Of a stretch of DNA of 46,633 nucleotides, positions 8,716 to 18,783 are shown one piece after another. Numbering within the stretch: the stretch's first letter is position 1; every line of letters begins with the position of its first letter. Below the pieces are notes generated by a model. That model was given only the letters and a program-made list of their open reading frames with translations, searched no databases and had not been told where the DNA came from. The stretch is from Candidatus Gallimonas caecicola (GTDB lineage: Bacteria > Bacillota > Clostridia > Christensenellales > Borkfalkiaceae). Position numbers and translations under genes: made by a program. The stretch spans positions 1 to 46,633 of the forward strand of contig CAJFNH010000001.1 of NCBI GenBank assembly GCA_904394195.1, in the 5' to 3' direction.

Positions 8716-9900
8716 ATGAATGAATTTCAGTTGAAGTACGGGTGCAATCCCAACCAGAAGCCGGCGCGCATCTTTATGGAGGACGGCAGCGACCTGCCCG
8801 TGGAGATCCTGAACGGCAGGCCGGGCTATATCAACTTTCTGGACGCCTTCAATTCCTGGCAGCTCGTCAAAGAATTGAAGGAGGCGACGGGCATGTGCGC
8901 CGCCACCAGCTTCAAACACGTCTCTCCCACGTCGGCGGCGGTGGGAAAGCCGCTCTCGCCCGCGCTGAAAAAGGCGTGTTTTGTAGACGATATCGAGGGC
9001 CTGGACGATTCGCCGCTCGCCTGCGCCTATGCGCGTGCCAGGGGCACGGACAGGATGTCCTCCTTCGGCGACTGGATCGCGCTTTCCGATGAATGTGACG
9101 AGGTGACGGCAAGAATCATCGCGCGCGAGGTCTCGGATGGCATCATCGCGCCCGCCTACACCCCTCGTGCGATGGAGATCTTAAAGGGCAAGAAGAAGGG
9201 CGCCTACAATATCGTGAAGATCGACCCTGCCTACGTCCCTGCCGCCATCGAGCATAAGCAGGTGTTCGGCGTCACCTTCGAGCAGGGCCGCAACAACTAT
9301 CGTATCGACCGCTCCACGCTGGACAATATCGTCACGCGCAACAAAGCGCTGCCCGAGGACAAGGCGGTCGACCTCATCATTTCGCTCATCACCCTCAAAT
9401 ATACGCAGTCCAATTCCGTCTGTTTTGCGGCGGACGGGCAGGCGATCGGCGTGGGCGCGGGGCAGCAGTCGCGCATCCACTGCACCCGCCTTGCGGCGCA
9501 GAAGGCGGACCTCTGGCACCTGCGCCAGCATGAAAAGGTGCTCTCCCTGCAGTTCGCACAGGGTGTGGGCAGGCCGGAAAAGAACAATATCATCGATTTG
9601 TACCTATCCGACGACGCGGACGAAGTGCTCGCCGAAGGGGAATGGCAGAAGAATTTTGCCGTGCGTCCCGCTCCCTTCACGCGGGAAGAAAAGGCGGCGT
9701 ATCTTGCCACCATCCGCGGGGTCTCGCTGGGGAGCGACGCGTTCTTCCCCTTCTCGGACAATATCGAACGTGCCTTCCGCAGCGGCGTGAGCTATATCGC
9801 TGAGCCGGGCGGCTCGGTGCGCGACGACCTCGTCATCGCGGCGGCGGACGCGCACGACATGGTGATGGCGTTCACGGGCATGCGCCTCTTCCATCACTGA
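8716..9900 (+). CDS. purH: AICAR transformylase, stand-alone (PurH formyltransferase domain only)
   Basis: 394 aa starting MNEFQLKYGCNPNQ. AICARFT-type sequence with no MGS-like cyclohydrolase domain. RBS caggag lies upstream. Confidence 0.85.
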   Translation: MNEFQLKYGCNPNQKPARIFMEDGSDLPVEILNGRPGYINFLDAFNSWQLVKELKEATGMCAATSFKHVSPTSAAVGKPLSPALKKACFVDDIEGLDDSPLACAYARARGTDRMSSFGDWIALSDECDEVTARIIAREVSDGIIAPAYTPRAMEILKGKKKGAYNIVKIDPAYVPAAIEHKQVFGVTFEQGRNNYRIDRSTLDNIVTRNKALPEDKAVDLIISLITLKYTQSNSVCFAADGQAIGVGAGQQSRIHCTRLAAQKADLWHLRQHEKVLSLQFAQGVGRPEKNNIIDLYLSDDADEVLAEGEWQKNFAVRPAPFTREEKAAYLATIRGVSLGSDAFFPFSDNIERAFRSGVSYIAEPGGSVRDDLVIAAADAHDMVMAFTGMRLFHH

Positions 9901-9916
9901 TCTTTGAACAAACCGA

Positions 9917-9951
9917 CGCGCAAATCCGCAGGAAAATTGCGGATTTGCGCG
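9917..9951 (+). other. Perfect 14-bp stem-loop in the purH-purD spacer
   Basis: cgcgcaaatccgca (9917-9930), loop ggaaaat, tgcggatttgcgcg (9938-9951). No contiguous U-tract follows. Confidence 0.7.
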
Positions 9952-10021
9952 AAAGCATTTCTTTTACGAAAAAGGAAGGGCTGATTTCCGTTATTACAAT
10001 CTCATCGCGAGGAAATAAACT

Positions 10022-11296
10022 ATGGATATTCTGGTCGTAGGCGGCGGCGGCAGAGAACACGCCGTCATCAAGGCACTCAAAAAGAGCAGACGCGCGGGGA
10101 AAATTTATGCACTTCCCGGCAACGGCGGCATCGCGCGCGACGCCGAGTGCGTCCCCGTGAAGGCGACGGACATTGCGGGCATCGTGGAGTTCGCGCGCAG
10201 CCGGAAGGTGGATTTTGCAATCGTCACACCCGACGATCCCCTTGTTCTGGGGTGCGTGGACGCGCTGGAGGCGGCGGGGGTGCCCTGCTTCGGTCCCGAC
10301 AAAAAGGCGGCCGTCATCGAGGGGAGCAAGGTGTTCTCCAAACAGCTCATGCAAAAGTATTCCATCCCCACGGCGGCGAGCGAGGTGTTCACCGACCCCG
10401 CGGCGGCGGTGGAGTACCTGCGCACGGCGGACTATCCCACCGTCATCAAGGCGGACGGACTGGCTCTCGGCAAGGGCGCCGTCATTGTGAACAACTTTGA
10501 TGAGGCGCAAAAGACGGTGAAGGAGATGATGGTGGACAGGGTGTTCGGCGCGAGCGGCGAGCGCATCCTCGTGGAGGAATTTCTCACCGGGCCGGAGGTG
10601 TCCGTGCTCTCCTTTACGGACGGCAAGACGGTCGTTCCCATGGTCTCGTCCATGGACCACAAGCGCGCAAAGGACAACGACGAAGGGCTGAACACGGGCG
10701 GCATGGGCACCGTTGCCCCCAACCCGTACTACACGCCCGAGATCGCCGCGCAGTGCATGGAGCGCATCTTTTTGCCCACCATTCGCGCGATGAACGCCGA
10801 GGGGCGCCCCTTCAAGGGCTGCCTCTACTTCGGGCTCATGCTCACGCCCAAGGGACCCAAGGTCATCGAATACAACTGCCGCTTCGGCGACCCCGAAACG
10901 CAGGTGGTGCTGCCCCTTCTCACGAGCGATCTTCTGGAGATCATGCTCGCGGTGCGCGGCGGCAGCCTGAAGGAGGATATGGTGCGTTTTAAAAAGGGCG
11001 CTGCGTGCTGCGTGGTGCTCGCCTCCGAGGGGTATCCCAAGAAGTACGACACGGGCTTTCCCATCACTCTGCCGGAGACGGGCGCGAACGAGGACATCTA
11101 TATTGCGGGTGCAAAGCTCGAGGACGGGCAGCTCGTCACCTCGGGCGGCAGGGTGCTGGGCGCCGTTGCCACGGCGGATACCCTGAAGGAGGCGATCGAC
11201 GCCGCCTATGCGCTCGCCGATAAAATTCACTTTGAAAACGCCTATATGCGCCGCGACATCGGAAAGCGTGCGCTGGCTGCGCAGAGCACAAATTAA
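10022..11296 (+). CDS. purD: Phosphoribosylamine-glycine ligase
   Basis: 424 aa starting MDILVVGGGGREHA, with an ATP-grasp pattern typical of PurD. Confidence 0.92.
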   Translation: MDILVVGGGGREHAVIKALKKSRRAGKIYALPGNGGIARDAECVPVKATDIAGIVEFARSRKVDFAIVTPDDPLVLGCVDALEAAGVPCFGPDKKAAVIEGSKVFSKQLMQKYSIPTAASEVFTDPAAAVEYLRTADYPTVIKADGLALGKGAVIVNNFDEAQKTVKEMMVDRVFGASGERILVEEFLTGPEVSVLSFTDGKTVVPMVSSMDHKRAKDNDEGLNTGGMGTVAPNPYYTPEIAAQCMERIFLPTIRAMNAEGRPFKGCLYFGLMLTPKGPKVIEYNCRFGDPETQVVLPLLTSDLLEIMLAVRGGSLKEDMVRFKKGAACCVVLASEGYPKKYDTGFPITLPETGANEDIYIAGAKLEDGQLVTSGGRVLGAVATADTLKEAIDAAYALADKIHFENAYMRRDIGKRALAAQSTN

Positions 11297-11315
11297 ACGA
11301 ATTCGGGAGTAACAA

Positions 11316-14300
11316 ATGGTCTACAGAGTTTATGTGGAGAAAAAAGAGGGCTTTGATCATGAAGCGCGCGCACTTCTTGCGGACGTGCGCGAACTTTTGG
11401 GCATTGCGAACGTTTCGCGCATCCGCCTTCTCAACCGCTATGACGTGGAGGACATCGACGAAGCGCTCTTCCGGCAATGCGTGAAAACGGTATTTTCCGA
11501 GCCGCAGATGGACAGGGCGAGCGAGGGCGCAGACCTTGCCGGAGCACGCGTGTTCGCGGTGGAGTATCTTCCCGGGCAGTTCGATCAGCGCGCCGATTCG
11601 GCGGCGCAGTGCATCCAGCTCATCTCCATGCAGCCCCGCCCCGTCATCCGCACGGCAAAGGTGTACGCCGTCTACGGCGCCGTCGGCGAGGAGGAGCTGG
11701 AGGCCATCAAAAAGTACGTCATCAACCCCGTGGAGAGCCGCGAGGCGTCCCTTGCCATCCCCGCCACGCTGAAGATAGAGCATCCCGTTCCTACGCAGGT
11801 GCCCACGCTCACGGGTTTTCTTGAGCTGGACGAGGCGGGCCTTGCCGACTTTGTGGGGCAGTATGCCCTTGCGATGGACGCGGACGACGTTGCGTTCTGC
11901 CAGTCGTATTTCCGCAAGGAGGGGCGCGATCCCACGCTCACCGAGATCAGGATGATAGACACCTACTGGTCGGATCACTGTCGCCACACCACCTTCCTTA
12001 CGACCATCGACGGCGTGACCTTCGAGGACGAGCTGCTGCAGAAGGCGTATGACGACTATCTTGCCGCCCGCGAGGAATTGGGGCGCACCAAGCCCGTCAA
12101 CCTCATGGACATCGGCACCATCGCCGCAAAACTTTTGAAAAAGCGCGGCATGCTGGAAAAACTGGACGAATCGGAGGAGATCAACGCCTGCACCGTCAAG
12201 ATCAAGGTGAACGTGGACGGGGAAGAACAGGACTGGCTGCTCCTCTTCAAGAACGAGACGCACAACCATCCCACCGAGATCGAGCCCTTCGGCGGCGCCG
12301 CCACCTGCATCGGCGGCGCCATCCGCGACCCGCTCTCGGGCAGGAGCTACGTCTATGCCGCCATGCGCGTGACGGGCGCGGGCGACCCGCTCGTCCCCGT
12401 AAAGGATACGCTGCCCGGAAAGCTCCCGCAGCGCAAGATTGTCACGACCGCGGCGGCGGGATATTCTTCCTACGGCAACCAGATCGGGCTTGCAACGGGG
12501 CAGGTGGATGAGATGTACCACCCCGGGTATGTGGCAAAGCGGCTGGAGATCGGCGCCGTCATCGCGGCGACGCCTGCGCAGAACGTGCGCCGCGAGGTGC
12601 CCGCTCCCGGCGATAAAGTCATCCTTCTGGGCGGCAGAACGGGGCGGGACGGCTGCGGCGGGGCAACGGGCTCCTCCAAGTCGCACACGCTCGCTTCGCT
12701 TACCCACTGCGGCGCGGAGGTACAGAAGGGCAATGCGCCCGAGGAGAGAAAGCTCCAGCGCCTCTTCCGCAACCAACAGGCGATGCTGCTCATCAAGCGC
12801 TGCAACGATTTCGGCGCGGGCGGCGTGAGCGTCGCCATCGGCGAGCTTGCCGACGGGCTGGATATCGACCTCAACGCCGTGCCCAAGAAGTATGACGGGC
12901 TGGACGGCACCGAGCTTGCCATCTCCGAATCGCAGGAGCGCATGGCGGTCGTCGTGGAGGCGGACAAAGCGGAGGAGTTCATCGCGCTCGCCGAGCAGGA
13001 AAACCTGGAAGCGACCGTCGTTGCCACGGTCACGCAAAGCCCCCGCCTCGTCATGCGCTGGAACGGCAAGACCATCGTGGACGTCTCGCGCGAGTTCCTC
13101 AATTCCAACGGTGCGGAAAAACATATCAGCGTGCACCCCGCCGCGGCGCAGGACTATGCGCGCGAGGTGAAGGGGACGTTTACCGAGAACTACATGCGCA
13201 TGGCGGGCGACCTCAACGTCTGTTCCAAGCGCGGGCTTTCCGAGCGCTTCGATTCCACCATCGGCGCGGGGACCGTGCTCATGCCCTTCGGCGGAAGATA
13301 CCAGCTCACGCCGCCGCAGGCGATGGCGCACCTTGTCTCGCTCGAACACGGGCACACCGATACCGTCTCCTACATGGCATGGGGCGGCAACCCCTATATC
13401 ACGGAAAAGAGCCCCTATCACGGGGCATACCTCGCCGTGGTGGAGAGCGTTGCAAAGCTCATCGCCTCGGGTGCGGGAATTGAAGATACGTATTTGAGTT
13501 TTCAGGAATATTTCTTAAAACCCGGGCACGATCCCGCGCGCTGGGGCCAGCCGCTTGCCGCGCTCCTGGGCGCGTTCGAGGCGCAAAAGGACCTGGGCAT
13601 CGCCGCCATCGGCGGCAAGGATTCCATGAGCGGCACCTTCGAGCAGATCGACGTTCCGCCCACCCTCGTCTCCTTTGCGGTGACCACGGGCAGGGCGGGC
13701 GAGGTCGTTTCGCCCGAATTCAAGGGGGCGGGGCACAAGGTCGTGTTGCTCGCGCCCGAGTACGATGAAAACGGTCTGCCCGTTCCCGCCTCCCTCAAGA
13801 GCGTGTTCGCGCGGGTGACCTCCCTTCTGCGCACGGGCAGGGCGGTGTCCGCCTGGACGCCCGGCTACGGCGGCATTGCCGAGGGCGTGCTGAAGATGTG
13901 CCTGGGCAACATGGTGGGCTTCCGCTATGCGGACAGCCTCTCCTGCCGGGATATCTTCGGCTATCGCTACGGCGCGTTCATCCTGGAACTTACCGAGGAC
14001 GTCCCCGTCGGCACGCCGCTGGGGGAGACGAGCGCCGTCGGCGCCGTCTCTATGGGGAGCGAGCGCGTGTTCCTCTCCGACCTTCTGCGCGTGTATGAGG
14101 AAAAACTCGAGCCCGTGTATGCCTGCAATATCGCGACCCCTTCGGAGACGGTGCGCAATTTCACCTTCCGCACGCGCAGCGCGCTTGCGGGCGAGGTAAA
14201 ATTTGCAAAGCCGCGCGTGCTCATCCCCGTGTTCCCCGGCACCAACTGCGAATACGATACGGCGAAGGCGTTTGCCGACGCGGGCGCCGAGCCGGAGATC

Positions 14301-15008
14301 TACGTCATCCGCAACCGCACGGCGGAGGAGGTCTCGCGCTCCGCGCAGGAGTTTGCACAAAAGATCGCAAACAGCCAGATCGTGTTTATCCCGGGCGGAT
14401 TTTCGGGCGGCGACGAGCCGGACGGCTCGGGCAAGTTCATCACGGCGTTTTTCCGCGGCGAGCGGGTGCGCGAGCAGATCGCCCGCCTTCTGGACGAGCG
14501 TCAGGGGCTGATGGGGGGCATTTGCAACGGCTTCCAGGCGCTCATCAAGCTGGGGCTCGTTCCCTTCGGCAAGATCGTCGATACGGACGAAAATTGCCCC
14601 ACGCTCACCTACAACAACATCGCGCGCCACCAGTCGCGCATCGTGCGCGTGCGCGTGGCGAGCGTAAAGTCGCCCTGGCTCTCCCTTGTGGAGGCGGGGG
14701 AGGTGTTCAGCGTGCCCATCTCTCACGGCGAGGGCAAGTTTGTGGCGAGCCCCGCGCTCATCGAAAAACTTTCCGAGAACGGGCAGATCATGACGCAGTA
14801 CGTCGACCTCTCCGACAACGCCACGATGGACGTGCACTTCAATCCCAACGGCTCGGCGGCGGCGATCGAGGGCATCCTCTCGCCGGACGGCAGGGTGTTC
14901 GGCAAGATGGGGCACGCCGAGCGCAAGGGCGCAGGGCTTTACAAGAACGTCGCGGGCAACTACGACATGAAGCTGTTTGAGAGCGCAGTTTCCTATTTCA
15001 GAAGCTGA
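11316..15008 (+). CDS. purL: Phosphoribosylformylglycinamidine synthase, single-chain form (synthetase plus glutaminase)
   Basis: 1230 aa. Has a PurS-like N-terminus, duplicated AIR-synthase-like domains (ETHNHPTEIEPFGGAATCIGG) and a C-terminal class I glutaminase (GICNGFQ, HGEG). Confidence 0.9.
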   Translation: MVYRVYVEKKEGFDHEARALLADVRELLGIANVSRIRLLNRYDVEDIDEALFRQCVKTVFSEPQMDRASEGADLAGARVFAVEYLPGQFDQRADSAAQCIQLISMQPRPVIRTAKVYAVYGAVGEEELEAIKKYVINPVESREASLAIPATLKIEHPVPTQVPTLTGFLELDEAGLADFVGQYALAMDADDVAFCQSYFRKEGRDPTLTEIRMIDTYWSDHCRHTTFLTTIDGVTFEDELLQKAYDDYLAAREELGRTKPVNLMDIGTIAAKLLKKRGMLEKLDESEEINACTVKIKVNVDGEEQDWLLLFKNETHNHPTEIEPFGGAATCIGGAIRDPLSGRSYVYAAMRVTGAGDPLVPVKDTLPGKLPQRKIVTTAAAGYSSYGNQIGLATGQVDEMYHPGYVAKRLEIGAVIAATPAQNVRREVPAPGDKVILLGGRTGRDGCGGATGSSKSHTLASLTHCGAEVQKGNAPEERKLQRLFRNQQAMLLIKRCNDFGAGGVSVAIGELADGLDIDLNAVPKKYDGLDGTELAISESQERMAVVVEADKAEEFIALAEQENLEATVVATVTQSPRLVMRWNGKTIVDVSREFLNSNGAEKHISVHPAAAQDYAREVKGTFTENYMRMAGDLNVCSKRGLSERFDSTIGAGTVLMPFGGRYQLTPPQAMAHLVSLEHGHTDTVSYMAWGGNPYITEKSPYHGAYLAVVESVAKLIASGAGIEDTYLSFQEYFLKPGHDPARWGQPLAALLGAFEAQKDLGIAAIGGKDSMSGTFEQIDVPPTLVSFAVTTGRAGEVVSPEFKGAGHKVVLLAPEYDENGLPVPASLKSVFARVTSLLRTGRAVSAWTPGYGGIAEGVLKMCLGNMVGFRYADSLSCRDIFGYRYGAFILELTEDVPVGTPLGETSAVGAVSMGSERVFLSDLLRVYEEKLEPVYACNIATPSETVRNFTFRTRSALAGEVKFAKPRVLIPVFPGTNCEYDTAKAFADAGAEPEIYVIRNRTAEEVSRSAQEFAQKIANSQIVFIPGGFSGGDEPDGSGKFITAFFRGERVREQIARLLDERQGLMGGICNGFQALIKLGLVPFGKIVDTDENCPTLTYNNIARHQSRIVRVRVASVKSPWLSLVEAGEVFSVPISHGEGKFVASPALIEKLSENGQIMTQYVDLSDNATMDVHFNPNGSAAAIEGILSPDGRVFGKMGHAERKGAGLYKNVAGNYDMKLFESAVSYFRS

Positions 15009-15023
15009 AAGAGGGGCAAGGAT

Positions 15024-16688
15024 ATGAAATCGGACATCGAGATCGCGCAGAGCGCAAAGTTGAAGCCCATCCTTGATATCGCAAAGGGCGTCGGGCTCAC
15101 AGAGGACGACATCGAGTATTACGGAAAATACAAGGCGAAGATCTCCCTTTCCGTCATGTCGCGCGCGAAGGAGCAGGGCAAGCTCATCCTTGTTACCGCC
15201 ATCACCCCCACGCCTGCGGGCGAGGGCAAGACGACCACCACCATCGGGCTGGCAGACGGCATGCGCCGTCTGGGCAAGAAGGTGGTCGTGGCGCTGCGCG
15301 AGCCTTCGCTCGGCCCCGTATTCGGCATCAAAGGGGGCGCGGCGGGCGGCGGCTATGCGCAGGTCGTGCCCATGGAAGATATCAACCTTCACTTTACGGG
15401 AGACATGCACGCGGTCGGCGCGGCGGCAAACCTGCTTGCCGCCATGCTCGACAACCATATCTTTCAGGGGAACGCGCTCGGCATCGATAAGGAGCGCATC
15501 ACCTGGAAGCGCTGCGTGGATATGAACGACAGGCAGCTTCGCTTTATCGAGGACGGGCTGGGCGGCGGCAAGAACGGCGTTCCCAGAAAGGACGGGTTTG
15601 AGATCACCGTCGCCAGCGAAGTGATGGCGATCCTGTGCCTTGCCACATCCCTTTCCGACCTCAAGGCGCGCCTCACACGCATCGTGGTGGGGTACACCTT
15701 TGACGGCAAGCCGGTCACGGCGGGCGATCTGAAGGCGGCGGGCGCCATGTGCGCCCTTCTGAAGGACGCTTTAAAGCCCAACCTCGTGCAGACGCTCGAG
15801 GGCACGCCCGCCATCGTGCACGGCGGACCGTTCGCCAACATTGCGCACGGCTGCAATTCCGTCATCGCCACGCAGACGGCGCTCTCGCTGGGCGACTATG
15901 TGGTGACCGAAGCGGGCTTCGGCGCCGACCTCGGCGCGGAAAAATTCCTCGATATCAAGTGCCGTGCGGCGCAGCTCACGCCCTCCGCCTGCGTGGTGGT
16001 CGCCACCGTGCGCGCCCTCAAGATGCACGGCGGCGTACAAAAGGCGGACCTTGCGCAGGAAAATCTTGCGGCGCTCGGGGCGGGGCTGCCCAATCTTTTG
16101 CGCCATGTGCGCAATATGCGCGAGGTGTACGGCCTGCCCACCGTGGTGGCGCTCAACCGCTTTCCGACGGACACGGATGCCGAGATCGCGCTCGTCATGC
16201 GCGAGTGCGAAAAGCTGGGCGTGCAGGTGGCGCTCTCCACCGTTTGGGCGGAGGGCGGCAAGGGGGGCGAGGCGCTCGCCCGCGCGGTCATCGATCTGTG
16301 CGAACGTGGCAGCGATTTTAAGTACTGCTACGACGAAAAACTGCCCATTGCGGACAAGATCCGTGCCATCGTCAAAAAGGTGTACGGCGGCGACGGCGTG
16401 GAGTACACGCCGGAGGCGGAGGAGCAGATATCCCGTCTGGAGGAGCTCGGCTTCGGAAAGCTCCCCGTGTGCATGGCAAAGACGCAGTATTCCTTCTCGG
16501 ACGACGCCAAAAAACTTGGTGCGCCCGAGCACTTCACCGTCACGGTGCGTGCCGCAAAGGTCTCTGCGGGGGCGGGCTTCGTCGTGGTGTTTACGGGCAA
16601 TATCCTCACCATGCCCGGGCTTCCCGCCCTGCCCGCTGCCGAGAATATCGATGTGGACGAGAACGGCGTCATCACGGGTCTGTTCTGA
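15024..16688 (+). CDS. fhs: Formate-tetrahydrofolate ligase
   Basis: 554 aa starting MKSDIEIAQ, with [16 protein letters not shown] and a full-length FTHFS pattern. Confidence 0.92.
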   Translation: MKSDIEIAQSAKLKPILDIAKGVGLTEDDIEYYGKYKAKISLSVMSRAKEQGKLILVTAITPTPAGEGKTTTTIGLADGMRRLGKKVVVALREPSLGPVFGIKGGAAGGGYAQVVPMEDINLHFTGDMHAVGAAANLLAAMLDNHIFQGNALGIDKERITWKRCVDMNDRQLRFIEDGLGGGKNGVPRKDGFEITVASEVMAILCLATSLSDLKARLTRIVVGYTFDGKPVTAGDLKAAGAMCALLKDALKPNLVQTLEGTPAIVHGGPFANIAHGCNSVIATQTALSLGDYVVTEAGFGADLGAEKFLDIKCRAAQLTPSACVVVATVRALKMHGGVQKADLAQENLAALGAGLPNLLRHVRNMREVYGLPTVVALNRFPTDTDAEIALVMRECEKLGVQVALSTVWAEGGKGGEALARAVIDLCERGSDFKYCYDEKLPIADKIRAIVKKVYGGDGVEYTPEAEEQISRLEELGFGKLPVCMAKTQYSFSDDAKKLGAPEHFTVTVRAAKVSAGAGFVVVFTGNILTMPGLPALPAAENIDVDENGVITGLF

Positions 16689-16689
16689 T

Positions 16690-17682
16690 ATGGATGCAAA
16701 ACTGCTTTCCGACGCGGTATCACCCCTTCTGGAGTGGTACCGCATTTACAAACGCGACCTTCCCTGGCGGCACGGCCGCACGCCCTACACCGCGCTCGTC
16801 GCCGAGCTCATGCTGCAGCAGACGCGGGTGGAGGCGGTGAAGGAGCGCTATGTGCGCTTTCTTGCTTCCTTTCCCACGCCCGAAGCGCTCGCCGCGGCAA
16901 GCGAGGAGGAGGTGCTCAAAGCCTGGGAAGGGCTGGGCTACTATTCCCGCGCGCGCCATCTGCATGCGGCGGCGAAGGTCATCGCCGAACAGGGCTTCCC
17001 AACGACGTTCGAGGGGGTGCGCGCGCTGCCCGGCGTGGGGGACTACACGGCGGGTGCGGTGTGCTCCATCGCGCTGGGGCTGCCCGCCCCCGCGGTGGAC
17101 GGCAACGTGCTGCGCGTCCTGACCCGCCTGTATGCCGACCCCTCCAACATCGACGACGGCGCGACGAAGGCGAAGTTCGCCGCCCTTTTAAAGGCGGTGT
17201 ACCCGCCCGAGACGGCGGACTTCTGCGAGGCGCTCATGGAGCTGGGCGCCATCGTCTGCGTGCCCAACGGCGCGCCCGCGTGCGGGGGATGTCCGTGGCA
17301 GAAGGTGTGCCGCGCCCATCTTGCGGGCAGGGAGGAGCACTTCCCCGTGCGCAGCGAAAAGAGGGCGAGAAAGGTGGTGAACGCGACGGTGTGCGTGCTG
17401 CGCTGCGGCGCAAAGTACGCGCTGGAAAAGCGCCCCGCAAAGGGCCTGCTGGCGGGACTCTGGCAGTTTCCCTTCTTCGAAGGGGAAGCGCCCGCGCTCG
17501 GGAGAGTGCTCGCGGAAAAACATGCAAAGCACATCTTCACCCATGTGGAGTGGCGCATGACGGGCAGGCTGGTGGAGGCGGAAAGCGAACTTGCGCCCTA
17601 CACCTGGGTGACGGCACGCGAGCTGCGCGAAACGTACGCCCTTCCTTCCGCCTTCCGTGCGTTTACGGAGTGGGTGAGGTAA
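16690..17682 (+). CDS. mutY: A/G-specific adenine DNA glycosylase
   Basis: In-frame ATG 16690, one nt after the fhs stop. Has the HhH-GPD region (LPGVGDYTAGAV), a 4Cys Fe-S cluster loop (CVPNGAPACGGCPWQKVC) and a NUDIX-like C-terminus. Confidence 0.88.
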   Translation: MDAKLLSDAVSPLLEWYRIYKRDLPWRHGRTPYTALVAELMLQQTRVEAVKERYVRFLASFPTPEALAAASEEEVLKAWEGLGYYSRARHLHAAAKVIAEQGFPTTFEGVRALPGVGDYTAGAVCSIALGLPAPAVDGNVLRVLTRLYADPSNIDDGATKAKFAALLKAVYPPETADFCEALMELGAIVCVPNGAPACGGCPWQKVCRAHLAGREEHFPVRSEKRARKVVNATVCVLRCGAKYALEKRPAKGLLAGLWQFPFFEGEAPALGRVLAEKHAKHIFTHVEWRMTGRLVEAESELAPYTWVTARELRETYALPSAFRAFTEWVR

Positions 17683-17699
17683 GTTATTTGAAAATATTG

Positions 17700-17740
17700 C
17701 GCGGGGCGGGGCATCGAAGATGCCCCGCCCCGCGGTTTTC
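17700..17740. terminator. Bidirectional intrinsic terminator between mutY and the XRE gene
   Basis: 16-bp GC stem cgcggggcggggcatc / gatgccccgccccgcg with loop gaa, followed by gtttt. An A-rich tract on the 5' side serves the minus strand. Confidence 0.85.
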
Positions 17741-17948
17741 AATAGTCGGAAAGTCCCAACAGATAGTCAGTCGTCACGCCGTAGTACTTCGCAATGTCCG
17801 CAAGCAGAGACGGGGGAGGCTCGCGCTGCGCCTTTTCATAGTGCAGGTAGGTGACGCTGCTCATCCCCGGCGCCCCGGCGGTCTGTTTTTGCGTCATCCC
17901 GCGCTCGCAGCGCAGTTTCTTCGGCTGTTTTCCCAAGGGTATTTCCAT
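17739..17948 (-). CDS. XRE-family helix-turn-helix transcriptional regulator (69 aa)
   Basis: LRCERGMTQKQTAGAPGMSSVTYLHYEKAQREP and a C-terminal YYGVTTDYLLG are typical of Cro/C1 HTH_3 proteins. Confidence 0.8.
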   Translation of the reverse strand: MEIPLGKQPKKLRCERGMTQKQTAGAPGMSSVTYLHYEKAQREPPPSLLADIAKYYGVTTDYLLGLSDY

Positions 17949-17967
17949 GATTTTCCATTTCTGCCTC

Positions 17968-17996
17968 TTGACACGTTATCGTCCTGGTGGTATAAT
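17968..17996 (+). promoter_or_regulatory. Consensus sigma-70 promoter for the DUF975 gene
   Basis: TTGACA (17968-17973), 17-nt spacer, TGgTATAAT (TATAAT 17991-17996). Followed by the palindrome AACTACC-gttct-GGTAGTT at 18005-18023. Confidence 0.7.
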
Positions 17997-18040
17997 CAGC
18001 GTATAACTACCGTTCTGGTAGTTTGCCGGGGAGAGAGAGG

Positions 18041-18691
18041 GTGGAAAAATACGCCAAAGATTTCAGGCGCGCGGCGTGGGAGGATATGCGCGGCAGGTGG
18101 GGGACGATGGCGCTCATCACCTTTGTAGGCGCGCTCATCACGGGGGCGTGCGGCATCCTTTCCTATATCTATATCGACGATTATCTGGGTATTCTCGGGG
18201 TCATCGCGCTTTTTCTCATCGGCGGCGCGCTGGCGCTGGGTATGGCGACGGCAGTGCTCACGACGGCGCGCAGGGGCGAGCCGAAAGTGGGGATGCTTTT
18301 TTCGGGATTTCGCCGCTTCGGCGCTTCGCTGGCGCTCTATCTTCTCATCGGCATTTTCACCTTTTTGTGGTCGCTGCTGCTCATTATCCCGGGCATCGTC
18401 AAGGCATACTCCTACTCCATGAGCTATTTCATCCTTGCGGACTATCCCGAATTGTCCGCCAACGACGCGCGCAAGGAGTCGATGAGGATCATGAGCGGCT
18501 ACAAGTGGCGGCTGTTCTGCCTGGACTTCAGCTTTGTAGGCTGGTACCTTCTGTGCATCCTGACGCTGGGCATCCTCACATTCTGGATCGCGCCCTATCA
18601 GCAGACGGCGAGGGCAAAGTTCTATCAGGAACTCATCGGCGACGTGCATGTGCGCGCGACGCCCGCCGACGGCGTGGCAAAAACGGTTTGA
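18041..18691 (+). CDS. DUF975-family integral membrane protein
   Basis: Multi-pass membrane protein with a RGRWG N-terminal motif and a PYQQTARAKFYQEL C-terminal motif. GTG 18041 follows gggagagagagg. The listed TTG 18023 is an alternative start. Confidence 0.65.
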   Translation: MEKYAKDFRRAAWEDMRGRWGTMALITFVGALITGACGILSYIYIDDYLGILGVIALFLIGGALALGMATAVLTTARRGEPKVGMLFSGFRRFGASLALYLLIGIFTFLWSLLLIIPGIVKAYSYSMSYFILADYPELSANDARKESMRIMSGYKWRLFCLDFSFVGWYLLCILTLGILTFWIAPYQQTARAKFYQELIGDVHVRATPADGVAKTV

Positions 18692-18716
18692 AAGGGGAGC
18701 TTCGGCTCCCTTTTTC
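18691..18716 (+). terminator. Intrinsic terminator after the DUF975 gene
   Basis: gggagc-ttcg-gctccc followed by ttttt. Confidence 0.7.
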
Positions 18717-18783
18717 CTGTTCATGGGATACAAATCGGGGCAAACGGGTTTACTTTCCCCGCAAGTTGTGTTATAATCAAAGC

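Noticed and set aside
11136-15458. Long minus-strand ORFs 11136..13421 (761 aa) and 13515..15458 (647 aa)
   Set aside because: They are antisense to purL and fhs, with the same shadow-ORF composition. The plus-strand genes fully explain the region.
17739-18691. XRE gene plus neighbour as a toxin-antitoxin or defence module
   Set aside because: The partner is a multi-pass DUF975 membrane protein transcribed divergently, not a co-transcribed small toxin. No nuclease, kinase or ATPase gene is nearby.
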